Below are positions 17,854 to 26,145 of a stretch of 64,000 nt of DNA, piece after piece. Made by a program: the position numbers and the translations under genes. The DNA comes from an uncultured Candidatus Peribacteria bacterium (GTDB taxonomy: Bacteria; Patescibacteriota; Gracilibacteria; UM-FILTER-43-11). Position 1 is the stretch's first letter, and every line of letters starts with the position of its first letter. Below the pieces are notes generated by a model. The model made no database searches. It saw only the letters and a list, made by a program, of their open reading frames with translations, and was not told the DNA's origin. Location of the stretch: positions 30,524 through 94,523 of the forward strand of contig CAYWJA010000003.1 in the NCBI GenBank assembly GCA_964458485.1, written 5' to 3'.

Positions 17854-18540
17854 ATGAAAAAACTCACCAAATTAACAAGCTTGATCTTCTCGATTGCCTT
17901 TTTTGGCTTTCTTATGGCGCCATCTGCTTTAGCGGTTGAATGCGACACAGATGGAGATGGCTATATTACTATATCCGACAAAATAATGAAGGAGGTTGTT
18001 CCAACTGCAACATCTTACAAAGCTGATGGGAATTTTACCGCAGCGCAATGGGCTAACTTCTATAAATTATATAAAGAGGGTAAAAAGACCACAGAAGAAA
18101 CCTGCAATAGCCTTAACTTTAAAAAGGGTGCTGAGCCATCTAGGTGTGACGCGACTATAGTAAGTGCAACAAGTGGCGTATACGACACATCTAAGGTCAC
18201 CTCAAGTATCTCCGGTAGCTCAGTCTATCCGGGCGCACTAGATAAGGCTGGTAATGGAATTGATGAAGACTGTGATGGAAAAGATGGAAAGCTCTTGGCT
18301 GGAACCGGAACAAAAAAAGATCTGGGGGGATTGGTTGATAAAACAATTTCACTTCTTAGTAAATTAGTAGTTGTTGTTTCTATATTGATTATGATTTGGG
18401 GTGGTGTATTATACTCCACAGCCGCTGGGGATGAAGCAAAAACTGCTAAAGCAAGAAAGGCAATTATCGGAGCGGTTATCGGTTTAATCGTTGGACTACT
18501 CGCGCCATCAATCGTTACTTGGGTAGCGTCCAACATCTAG
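17854..18540 (+). CDS. Chimeric pilin: signal peptide + Cys/Asp-rich metal-binding-like domain + VirB2/TrbC-like module
   Basis: Signal ..LMAPSALA. ECDTDGDGYITISD is a Ca-binding/dockerin-like loop. PGALDKAGNGIDEDCDGKDG is a MopE-type motif as I recall it. C-terminus is VSILIMIWGGVLYSTAAGDEAKTAKARKAIIGAVIGLIVGLL. Confidence 0.7.
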   Translation: MKKLTKLTSLIFSIAFFGFLMAPSALAVECDTDGDGYITISDKIMKEVVPTATSYKADGNFTAAQWANFYKLYKEGKKTTEETCNSLNFKKGAEPSRCDATIVSATSGVYDTSKVTSSISGSSVYPGALDKAGNGIDEDCDGKDGKLLAGTGTKKDLGGLVDKTISLLSKLVVVVSILIMIWGGVLYSTAAGDEAKTAKARKAIIGAVIGLIVGLLAPSIVTWVASNI

Positions 18541-18570
18541 TTTTATTTTCAAACAAAAACAAAAACAAAT

Positions 18571-18615
18571 AAAAAGGCCTGTCGAAATATTTGAAGAATG
18601 ACGGGCCTTTTTTAT
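18571..18615. terminator. Bidirectional intrinsic terminator between the third pilin gene and argH
   Basis: AAAAAGGCCTGTC..loop..GACGGGCCTTTTTT. A-tract and T-tract flank the stem. Confidence 0.7.
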
Positions 18616-18643
18616 TTCTGATTTTAGATTTGTGATTTCGCAC

Positions 18644-18734
18644 TTTTTGTCATTTCGACCCTGTGGAGAAATCCCTTCGATCAACCGAAAGGGCAAGGGA
18701 TCCCTCCATGCTAGTCGGGATGACAAATAGTGAA
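18644..18734. mobile_element. MITE-like element, short divergent copy c
   Basis: TTTTTGTCATTTCGACC...GGGATCCCTCCATGCTAGTCGGGATGACAAATAGTGAA. Overlaps the 3' end of argH. Confidence 0.65.
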
Positions 18735-20029
18735 TCAGAAATGCGAAATTTAGAGATTTTTTTCTCCAAAATTTTCAACCCCAAATTCCCAGTTGCACCC
18801 AAATGTGTTTTGGATTTAATATTCTTCACAACATTCTGTTTTTTTATACCCTTCAATTTTAATGCAACCTGCCTGTAAGCATCACGGAAGGGTGTGCCAT
18901 TTTTAACCATATCGTTGACCATATCAGTGGCAAAAATTTCCGGATCAAAGGCTGCCTGAAGCTGCTTCGTATTTGGCTTTAAATGGTTAAAAAGGAGCTC
19001 TGTTATATTAATGCTCGAAAGTACAATGTCAAATGAATCTATTAATGCTTTCTTGGTTATTTTTAAATCTTTATTATAACCGGAAATTAAATTCTGACTG
19101 ACTGACTGAACTTTGAATTGCTCTCCTGCAACCACACTAACATTCGCCCTTAGAACCTCCATAATATCCAAATTTTTCTTTTGAGGCATAATACTGGAAC
19201 CAGTAGTGAGCTGATCATTTACTTTGAAAAAATTAAATTCTTTAGTTGTAAATAAAATTAAATCATTAGCTATTTTACCTAGTGTTAGCATAGTCTGATT
19301 AAGTACACCTATGGTAAAACTCTCAATCTTACCTCTGCTATTTTGACAATAAAGCGAGTTAATCTGTATTTTGGCAAAACCTAATTTTTTTGTTGTATAT
19401 TCCCTATCGATAGGTAGACTTGTGCCAAATCCTGCAGCAGATCCAAGTGGATTTTGATCGTTTAGATTGTAGGCGGATGAGATTGTCTGATAATCATCTA
19501 ATAACGATTCCACAAAACTACCTGCCCACTGCCCAACGCTGGATGGCATCGCCTGCTGCATATGTGTGTATCCCGGTATAGGTAGAAACTCATGTTTTTT
19601 AGCAAATTTTAAAATCGTCTTAGCTAGTTTAATCGTAGCTAATTGGATTATCTTAAGTTGGTGCTTACTAAACAATCTGATGGCGACCAAAATCTGATCA
19701 TTTCTAGATCTGCCCATATGCACTTTTTTACCAACTGCACCTAACTTTTTTGTTAAATAATTTTCAATAGCAGTATGGCAATCCTCATTTATTTGCTTAA
19801 GTTTAAATTTGCCTTTCTTGTTTAAAGTTAAAACTTCTTTTAATCCTTTTATGAGAGATTCTGCCTCTTTTTTGGTTAACAACTTTACTTTCGCGAGCAT
19901 TTCAACGTGTGCAATTGACGCCTGGATGTCGTATGGAAGTAAAATTTTATCCTGTGCAAGATTTACATCAATAATATATTGATTCACCATTGGGTGCATT
20001 TTTTGATAGGTTTCCCATAATTTACCCAT
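18650..20029 (-). CDS. argH: Argininosuccinate lyase
   Basis: Motifs GRSRNDQ, GYTHMQQAMP and SSIMPQKKNLD. Length 459 aa. The last ~26 codons and the stop lie inside a MITE-like element. Confidence 0.9.
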   Translation of the reverse strand: MGKLWETYQKMHPMVNQYIIDVNLAQDKILLPYDIQASIAHVEMLAKVKLLTKKEAESLIKGLKEVLTLNKKGKFKLKQINEDCHTAIENYLTKKLGAVGKKVHMGRSRNDQILVAIRLFSKHQLKIIQLATIKLAKTILKFAKKHEFLPIPGYTHMQQAMPSSVGQWAGSFVESLLDDYQTISSAYNLNDQNPLGSAAGFGTSLPIDREYTTKKLGFAKIQINSLYCQNSRGKIESFTIGVLNQTMLTLGKIANDLILFTTKEFNFFKVNDQLTTGSSIMPQKKNLDIMEVLRANVSVVAGEQFKVQSVSQNLISGYNKDLKITKKALIDSFDIVLSSINITELLFNHLKPNTKQLQAAFDPEIFATDMVNDMVKNGTPFRDAYRQVALKLKGIKKQNVVKNIKSKTHLGATGNLGLKILEKKISKFRISDSLFVIPTSMEGSLALSVDRRDFSTGSK

Positions 20030-20897
20030 TTTCTGATTGGTTAGTGGCTAAATAACAAGCAATTTTCCCCTTGTGAATGTCCTTTTTAGGAAAAATAATA
20101 AAAGAATTTTGATCTATTGTAATTTTCTGGCCATTATCTTGTGCAATTATTGTTTTATTATCCAAAAAATCAAAATTGTTATAATCAGAAGTAAATTTAA
20201 ATTGATCCGATTTTGGCACTATATGATCGTAAATTATCAGATGCTTTGGATTAGACTGATTAGATATAGGAATATTTAAAAAACATGAACCAATTTTTTG
20301 TAAAAACTGCTGAATTTTTTTTAAAATAATTATTTCTTTACCATTTTCTCTATACCATCCTGTTTCATAAGTAATACCAATACCCCCATGTGCATCTACA
20401 AAAGTATCTATTGATGAGGTAAGGTCTTCAGTTTTAAAATCTGACGCTTTTGAGACCATATAACCTACATCAAATATTGACGCTAAATCTAAATGATCTT
20501 TTGTCGATTTTGTGTAAATAAAAGGTACTGAAGGTTTAAGTGTGGAATGAATATCTAATAAAAAATCTGCCTTTTTTAAAATCGGAGCAATACTTAATGC
20601 TCTTTCTTCTTCATAATTAAGATCTGACTCCTGTTTCTTTTTAAGTAAATCAAAGTTAAACCCAAATTGTCTGTTTAAATCGCAGTCGATGTATCTTTTT
20701 TCCGCTACATAAGCTGGAGGATTTCCAACAATAATGTAAATTTCTCCGTTAATATCCTCTTTTTGCATAATTAATAACAAAATTTCTATTATATGCGCAC
20801 CTATCCTCTCGTTACCATGTACGCTACCAGTAATAACCACGGTTGGACCTGGATTTTTTCCTTTAAAATAATATGTATAAGAAGGTAATTTAGTCAT
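20022..20897 (-). CDS. Succinylglutamate desuccinylase/aspartoacylase (AstE/AspA, M14-like) family deacylase
   Basis: N-terminal VVITGSVHGNERIG zinc-ligand motif and later LLDIHST. The ORF overlaps argH by 8 nt and ends 1 nt after argB, so it is inside the arg operon. Confidence 0.65.
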   Translation of the reverse strand: MTKLPSYTYYFKGKNPGPTVVITGSVHGNERIGAHIIEILLLIMQKEDINGEIYIIVGNPPAYVAEKRYIDCDLNRQFGFNFDLLKKKQESDLNYEEERALSIAPILKKADFLLDIHSTLKPSVPFIYTKSTKDHLDLASIFDVGYMVSKASDFKTEDLTSSIDTFVDAHGGIGITYETGWYRENGKEIIILKKIQQFLQKIGSCFLNIPISNQSNPKHLIIYDHIVPKSDQFKFTSDYNNFDFLDNKTIIAQDNGQKITIDQNSFIIFPKKDIHKGKIACYLATNQSENG

Positions 20898-20898
20898 G

Positions 20899-21753
20899 TC
20901 ATTCTTTTAAATAAGTATTTTTCTCATTTTGATTGGTAAACATAGTGCCAACGCCTTTTTGTGTAAGTACCTCGTTAAGCAAGCTATGTTCCGAAAGACC
21001 ATTTAAAATATGAATACGTTTTACATTGTTTTTAACCGCATGAATGCAGTTTTGAATTTTTACAACCATTCCGTTCTTTGCGATTTTTTTATTAATTAAA
21101 TCCATTCCTTCCTTTGGCGTGAGTACACTAATGAGCTTTGAGCCTTTATAGACACCATCTGTTTTTGTAAATAAGATGAGCTTTTCAGCCTGCATAGCTA
21201 TCGCAATTTCAGTTGCAATCGTATCTGCATTAATGTTTAAAATTGTTCCATTGTTTGAAACTGCTAAGGGGGAAATAATAGGTAAATAACCTTTGCTGAT
21301 CAGATCCGAAAGTATTTGTGGATTAACATTATTGATATCGCCTACATAACCATAATCCACTTTTTTAATTGCCCTCTTCTTAACATCAAGCAAATTTCCA
21401 TCAAGTCCACTAACCCTTATGCCTTTTAGGCCAATTTGCTTCATAATACTGAGAATTTCGAGGTTCAAAGTGCCACCATAAAGCATTTTTACTATTTCCA
21501 GATCTTTTTTAGTTGTCACCCTTCTCCCCTTAATTTTGATAGGGCTATGGCCAAGTTTAAAAGCAAGATCATCAGCCTGTGTACCACCTCCGTGCACTAA
21601 GATTATATGAATACCAAAATCATGAATTGATTTAATATCTTTTAGTATATTTTTTAAATTTCCCTTTGAATTAATCACCTCACCTCCAACTTTTAAAACA
21701 AAGACCTTGTTTTTGAATTTAGAGAGGTAAAATTGTTTCTGAAAATTATTCAT
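20899..21753 (-). CDS. argB: Acetylglutamate (N-acylglutamate) kinase
   Basis: VLKVGGEVI and ILVHGGGTQ amino-acid-kinase motifs. 284 aa. Operon context. Confidence 0.9.
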   Translation of the reverse strand: MNNFQKQFYLSKFKNKVFVLKVGGEVINSKGNLKNILKDIKSIHDFGIHIILVHGGGTQADDLAFKLGHSPIKIKGRRVTTKKDLEIVKMLYGGTLNLEILSIMKQIGLKGIRVSGLDGNLLDVKKRAIKKVDYGYVGDINNVNPQILSDLISKGYLPIISPLAVSNNGTILNINADTIATEIAIAMQAEKLILFTKTDGVYKGSKLISVLTPKEGMDLINKKIAKNGMVVKIQNCIHAVKNNVKRIHILNGLSEHSLLNEVLTQKGVGTMFTNQNEKNTYLKE

Positions 21754-22904
21754 GGCAACTGTTTTATTGATTTAGTAAAAATTTCTAAAAACTGATTTAG
21801 CTCTTCCCACGAAACATTAAGTGGTGGCATGATTCTGATTATATTTTTTATTGAAGAGCTTCCAATTATTAATCCATTCTTCAGACATAATTTAGGTAAA
21901 TCCTGTGCAGGTTTTTTAAATTCAATTCCGATCAACAAACCCTTTCCGTGTATTTGGTTAATTTGTGGATGAGACTTGAGCCTCTTCTTCAGATATTCTC
22001 CTTTTTTCTCTACTTCAAAATCATTTTCAAGCAACATTTTAATTGTCGCCAAGCCTGCTGCACAAACCACCAAACCGCCACCAAAAGTCGTTGCATGTTC
22101 ACCAACCCCAATTGTTTTAGCTATATCTTCTTTGACTAAAACTGCAGATAGAGGTAGGCCAGATGCTATGCCTTTGGCAGTGGTTATAACATCCGGAATT
22201 ACACCAACTGACTGGCAAAACCAAAATGTACCGGTTCTACCAAGTCCGGTTTGTACTTCATCAAAAATGAGTAAAATATTTTTTTCTTCACAAAATTCTG
22301 CAAGCTTTTTATAAAATTTGGTTTCTGCCATTTTAATCCCTCCAATACTTTGAATGGGTTCACAAATAACAGCGGCTACATCTTTGTTGTATACTTTTTT
22401 AATGCTTTCCATATCACCTAGATCAGCAAAACAAGTATATTCATCTAAATTCGGTTCAAATTGATGATATGAAGACAAGCCTGTTACACCTAATGCCGAA
22501 ATACTTCTGCCGTGAAATGAATTTTTAAAAGCAATGATATGTTTTTTGCCGGTTTTTTTTCGTGCTATTTTCAGAGCTGTTTCGTTTGCTTCTGAGCCTG
22601 AATTTGCAAAATAGACCTGGTAAGGCTCCTTTAATGTGCCAGCTAGCTTATCTGCAAGTTGGATAGCGGGATTCGTCTTAAAAATATTGGAATAAAATAT
22701 TAATTTTTCCGATTGCTCCTTTATTGCTTTTACTACCTGTGGTGGGCAGTGGCCAAGTAAACAAACTGCATGCCCACCGTAAAAATCTAAATATTTTTTA
22801 CTTTTACTATCCCAGACGCTACTACCATCCCCTTTTACAATCTCTATAGGATACTGCGCATAAGTTTGAATTAATGCTGATAATTTGGATGATTTTAAAT
22901 TCAT
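21750..22904 (-). CDS. argD: Acetylornithine/succinylornithine aminotransferase (class III)
   Basis: SGSEANETALKIARK, DEVQTGLGRTG and TTAKGIASGLP (PLP lysine). 4-nt overlaps with both neighbours. Confidence 0.9.
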   Translation of the reverse strand: MNLKSSKLSALIQTYAQYPIEIVKGDGSSVWDSKSKKYLDFYGGHAVCLLGHCPPQVVKAIKEQSEKLIFYSNIFKTNPAIQLADKLAGTLKEPYQVYFANSGSEANETALKIARKKTGKKHIIAFKNSFHGRSISALGVTGLSSYHQFEPNLDEYTCFADLGDMESIKKVYNKDVAAVICEPIQSIGGIKMAETKFYKKLAEFCEEKNILLIFDEVQTGLGRTGTFWFCQSVGVIPDVITTAKGIASGLPLSAVLVKEDIAKTIGVGEHATTFGGGLVVCAAGLATIKMLLENDFEVEKKGEYLKKRLKSHPQINQIHGKGLLIGIEFKKPAQDLPKLCLKNGLIIGSSSIKNIIRIMPPLNVSWEELNQFLEIFTKSIKQLP

Positions 22905-23911
22905 GGGTAAATTGGGCTAAATAAATTCAATCCGGTGGACTGACTAAGGCCGAACATTAGGTTCATATTCTGAATAGCATTGCCAGCCGCGCCTTTTATT
23001 AAATTGTCGATTACGGCCTGAATTACAACTTTTTGATTAATAATTTGTATGCTGATATCACAAAAATTTGAGCCAATTACAGAAACAAGTTCTACTTCTG
23101 ATTTCATACGTATAAATGGGAAATCTTGATATGCCTTTTTAAATAAATTATCTAAATCTGATTGATTTATCTTTTTCTTTAAATCAATAAAAGCAGTTAA
23201 ATGTATACCCCTGGTAAATGGTCCACTAGTTGGCACAAAATTAATATTCGATTCAGACAATTTTAAACTTTGTATAATTTCCGGAATATGCTGATGAGAT
23301 CCGATTTTATAACTCTTCATATTATGTCCACGTATGGGGTGATGAGTATTTTCTTTGGCTGTTTTGCCGGAACCACTAGAGCCAGTGACAGCTAAAATAT
23401 CTACATGTTTAATAAAATTTGTAATTGGCAATAATACAAGTTGGGCTGCTATTGCAAAACATCCGGGATTAGCAATGTTATCTGATTTTTCAATAAATTT
23501 TTTCTGGTATTCCGGTAAACCATATGCAAATTTACCTATTAAATTCTGACTTTGATGACAATTGCCGTAATATTTTTTAAATAATGAGATATCTTTAATC
23601 CTGAAATCACCGGAAAGATCAATTATTTTAGTTTTTCCGATAAGTTCTGGAATAATTTTTTGAGACTGCAAATTGGGAAGTGCTAAAAATACCAAGTCAC
23701 TTTCATTTGCAACTATTGCCGGATCAGTATTTGTTAATTCAATATTGCAAACACCTTCTAAATGTGGATATACGTTGTTAATTGTTTCACCTGAATTATT
23801 TTTAGATATAAGGTATTTAAATTCGACATTTGGATGTCCGGCAAGAAGTCTTATTAGCTCAAGTCCTGTATAGCCCGTAGCGCCGATGATTGAGATACTT
23901 ATTTTAGACAT
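22901..23911 (-). CDS. argC: N-acyl-gamma-glutamyl-phosphate reductase
   Basis: IIGATGYTGLELIRLL Rossmann motif and NPGCFAIA active-site Cys. 336 aa. Confidence 0.9.
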   Translation of the reverse strand: MSKISISIIGATGYTGLELIRLLAGHPNVEFKYLISKNNSGETINNVYPHLEGVCNIELTNTDPAIVANESDLVFLALPNLQSQKIIPELIGKTKIIDLSGDFRIKDISLFKKYYGNCHQSQNLIGKFAYGLPEYQKKFIEKSDNIANPGCFAIAAQLVLLPITNFIKHVDILAVTGSSGSGKTAKENTHHPIRGHNMKSYKIGSHQHIPEIIQSLKLSESNINFVPTSGPFTRGIHLTAFIDLKKKINQSDLDNLFKKAYQDFPFIRMKSEVELVSVIGSNFCDISIQIINQKVVIQAVIDNLIKGAAGNAIQNMNLMFGLSQSTGLNLFSPIYP

Positions 23912-23919
23912 AATTTTAT

Positions 23920-23994
23920 AGTCTCATGTGCGAGTGCGAGTCTCAAGTAGCACATTAATAAACCTTGAGACTTGAGACATGCACTTGAGACTTA
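23920..23994. repeat. CTTGAGAC-family hairpin overlapping the 3' end of CDS 23955-25007
   Basis: AGTCTCATGTGCGAGTGCGAGTCTCAAG..loop..CTTGAGACTTGAGACATGCACTTGAGACT. Confidence 0.8.
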
Positions 23995-25007
23995 ATTAAA
24001 ATATAGTTAAATAATTCATCTCCACTATTAAGTGCATTAATAGCCGGAATATTGAGTTTCTTTTTGATAAAATTAACACCCACACTATTGTCGCTTACTG
24101 GCCCCGAAATGACATCTAGGGGTGCACCAATTTCTTTGCATATTTCGGCTAATTGCAATGCCCCTGCAGGATCGTGGGCACAGCCGATGTGGGATACAAT
24201 ATTTTTTTGAATTTCAGGATCTTTTAAGATATTTAAAACACCATATTCACCATAAACACCATCACCGAATTCAATTACAATTGCGTCTGGATTATCCTCA
24301 GAAAGATAATCAATAGATCCTTTGGTAACAGTAACTGGTAACTTACAGCCATTAACGGTAGATGGATAGCCAGCATCGACAAAGGAGGTTACTTTTTTAG
24401 CACCATAATCTTTCATATTCTCAGTATCTTTCAGTGCTGCTACACCTGCCAGCTTAGCCCCAAAAATTGTCATTTTGTTGTGCAATGCGTGTTTTATAAT
24501 TTCACATGCAGCTGAAGTTTTACCAACATGCATACAAGTTCCGCTTACTACGATTAACGGAGTATTGGATTTTAAATTATCTTTCTCTGAAAATAATTTC
24601 GCCTGTTTAATGTTTAAATTTTTTCCACTATTTACTATGGCACCGAGTACTTTGATTTTTAGGACATGTCCTACTTCTTTTATGTTTTCACTGATGCATT
24701 CCCCTGCAACTCCGCCTAAATTAAGTACGCTGATTACATTCCCCACCTCAAGTGACTCAGGAGTATTTCCAACAAACCCCTTCAATGCCTTTCTGTTACC
24801 GAGCGATACAGCAATAACATCTCCTTTTTTAAGGGTCGAGAGCCTACCTGAAGGAAGTTCCAGCTTATTATATTTCTTTTTATCTTCCAATACTTCCACT
24901 GCAAGAACAGCTCCTTCTTCAGAAATTATATTATCTGAAATTTCAACTTCTGTAGGAAGTTTTAAATTATAAGTAACTGATGCGATTTTGTCTAAAGTGA
25001 TGTTCAT
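23955..25007 (-). CDS. P-loop (BioD/DUF1611-like GTxxxVGKT) protein of unknown function embedded in the arg operon
   Basis: VVSGTCMHVGKTSAACEI P-loop, then a Walker-B-like DAIVIEFGDG. The N-terminal ~130 aa are beta-rich. The C-terminal codons (..SQVHVSSLKVY) are encoded by one arm of a repeat hairpin. Confidence 0.6.
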   Translation of the reverse strand: MNITLDKIASVTYNLKLPTEVEISDNIISEEGAVLAVEVLEDKKKYNKLELPSGRLSTLKKGDVIAVSLGNRKALKGFVGNTPESLEVGNVISVLNLGGVAGECISENIKEVGHVLKIKVLGAIVNSGKNLNIKQAKLFSEKDNLKSNTPLIVVSGTCMHVGKTSAACEIIKHALHNKMTIFGAKLAGVAALKDTENMKDYGAKKVTSFVDAGYPSTVNGCKLPVTVTKGSIDYLSEDNPDAIVIEFGDGVYGEYGVLNILKDPEIQKNIVSHIGCAHDPAGALQLAEICKEIGAPLDVISGPVSDNSVGVNFIKKKLNIPAINALNSGDELFNYILIKSQVHVSSLKVY

Positions 25008-25050
25008 GATTTTGATGCTTAGTGCTGTTTTTGTGCTTTTTGTAAGTGCT

Positions 25051-25124
25051 GTAGGCTTGTAGGATGTAGGCTTGTAGGATGTTCTATTATAATAAATTCC
25101 TACATCCTACGTCCTACAAGCCTA
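25051..25124. repeat. GTAGGCTTGTAGG-family hairpin downstream of argF
   Basis: GTAGGCTTGTAGGATGTAGGCTTGTAGGATGTTCTATTATAATAAATTCCTACATCCTACGTCCTACAAGCCTA. Confidence 0.85.
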
Positions 25125-25131
25125 ATTAGTG

Positions 25132-26145
25132 TCATCCCAGCAAATAATCAATTATCCCCATTTGTACCCACATGCGATTTTCAGCCTCCTGGATGACAAC
25201 TGACTGTTCGCTGTCTAGTACTTCATCTGATGCAACTACATTCCTTCTGACAGGCAGGCAGTGCATAAAAATGGCATTATTTGTTAAATCCATCTTATTT
25301 TTATCTACCATCCAATCTGTAAATTTCTTGCGATAGTCTGATTCTGCTTTCCAGTCTCCAAAATATTTGAGCGATGCCCAGCTTTTGGCGATCACAACAT
25401 CAGCATCTTCAAGTGCTGATACTTGATTATTTGTAATTGAAAATTTACCCGCCTTACCCTTAGCAAAATTCATCACATCTGCATCCAATTCAAATCCGGA
25501 TGGACAGGCAAGTGTTACATCAGCGCCAAATATGGATGGTGTAAGTAACTGCGAATGGGGGGTGGCTAAAGGTAAGGCTTTTGGATGCGGTGCCCATGTA
25601 AGAACTATCTTTTTACCTGTAAGTGATCCAAAATGCTCCTGCATTGTCATTACATCCGCCATCGACTGGCATGGATGGAACATATTAGATTCCATGCTGA
25701 TAATCGGTTTATCTGCATACCTGGCAAGTTCATAAATTGGTTGGTCTTTTTTTAACTCTTCCCAAGTTTGCTCAACTTCTTGAGTACTGCTTTTCTTAGT
25801 CATCAAATCACTTTTCCTTAATGCAATCAGATCCGTGTAGGATGAAATCACCTGTGCTGCTTCTTTGATGTATTCCTGTGTATTACCATTCATCACAACA
25901 CCTTTTTTATATTCAAATTCCCATGCATCAGTTGCAGAAAGCACATTAACTTTTCCACCCAATTTTTTCATACCGGATTCGAATGATAATCTGGTTCTGA
26001 GCGATGGGTTTGCAAAAATTAATGTAAGAATTTTATTTGAATAATCAGGTATTTCCTGTCCTTTTTTATATGCAATAGCTTTATCAATTATCAATTGTAG
26101 CTGTGCTTTAGTGTAATCCCCTGTGGTTATAAAATTTTTAGTCAT
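25132..26145 (-). CDS. argF: N-acyl-ornithine (acetyl- or succinyl-) carbamoyltransferase, argF-prime type
   Basis: SLRTR instead of STRTR, HPCQ, TWAPHPKALP and FMHCLPVRRN. These are the motif variants I recall for the Xanthomonas AOTCase and Bacteroides SOTCase clade rather than classical OTCase. Confidence 0.8.
   Translation of the reverse strand: MTKNFITTGDYTKAQLQLIIDKAIAYKKGQEIPDYSNKILTLIFANPSLRTRLSFESGMKKLGGKVNVLSATDAWEFEYKKGVVMNGNTQEYIKEAAQVISSYTDLIALRKSDLMTKKSSTQEVEQTWEELKKDQPIYELARYADKPIISMESNMFHPCQSMADVMTMQEHFGSLTGKKIVLTWAPHPKALPLATPHSQLLTPSIFGADVTLACPSGFELDADVMNFAKGKAGKFSITNNQVSALEDADVVIAKSWASLKYFGDWKAESDYRKKFTDWMVDKNKMDLTNNAIFMHCLPVRRNVVASDEVLDSEQSVVIQEAENRMWVQMGIIDYLLG

Noticed and set aside
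25131-25138. GTCATCCC at the argF stop, resembling a MITE end.
   Set aside because: Only 8 nt match and the rest of the terminal hairpin is missing, so it is probably coincidence.
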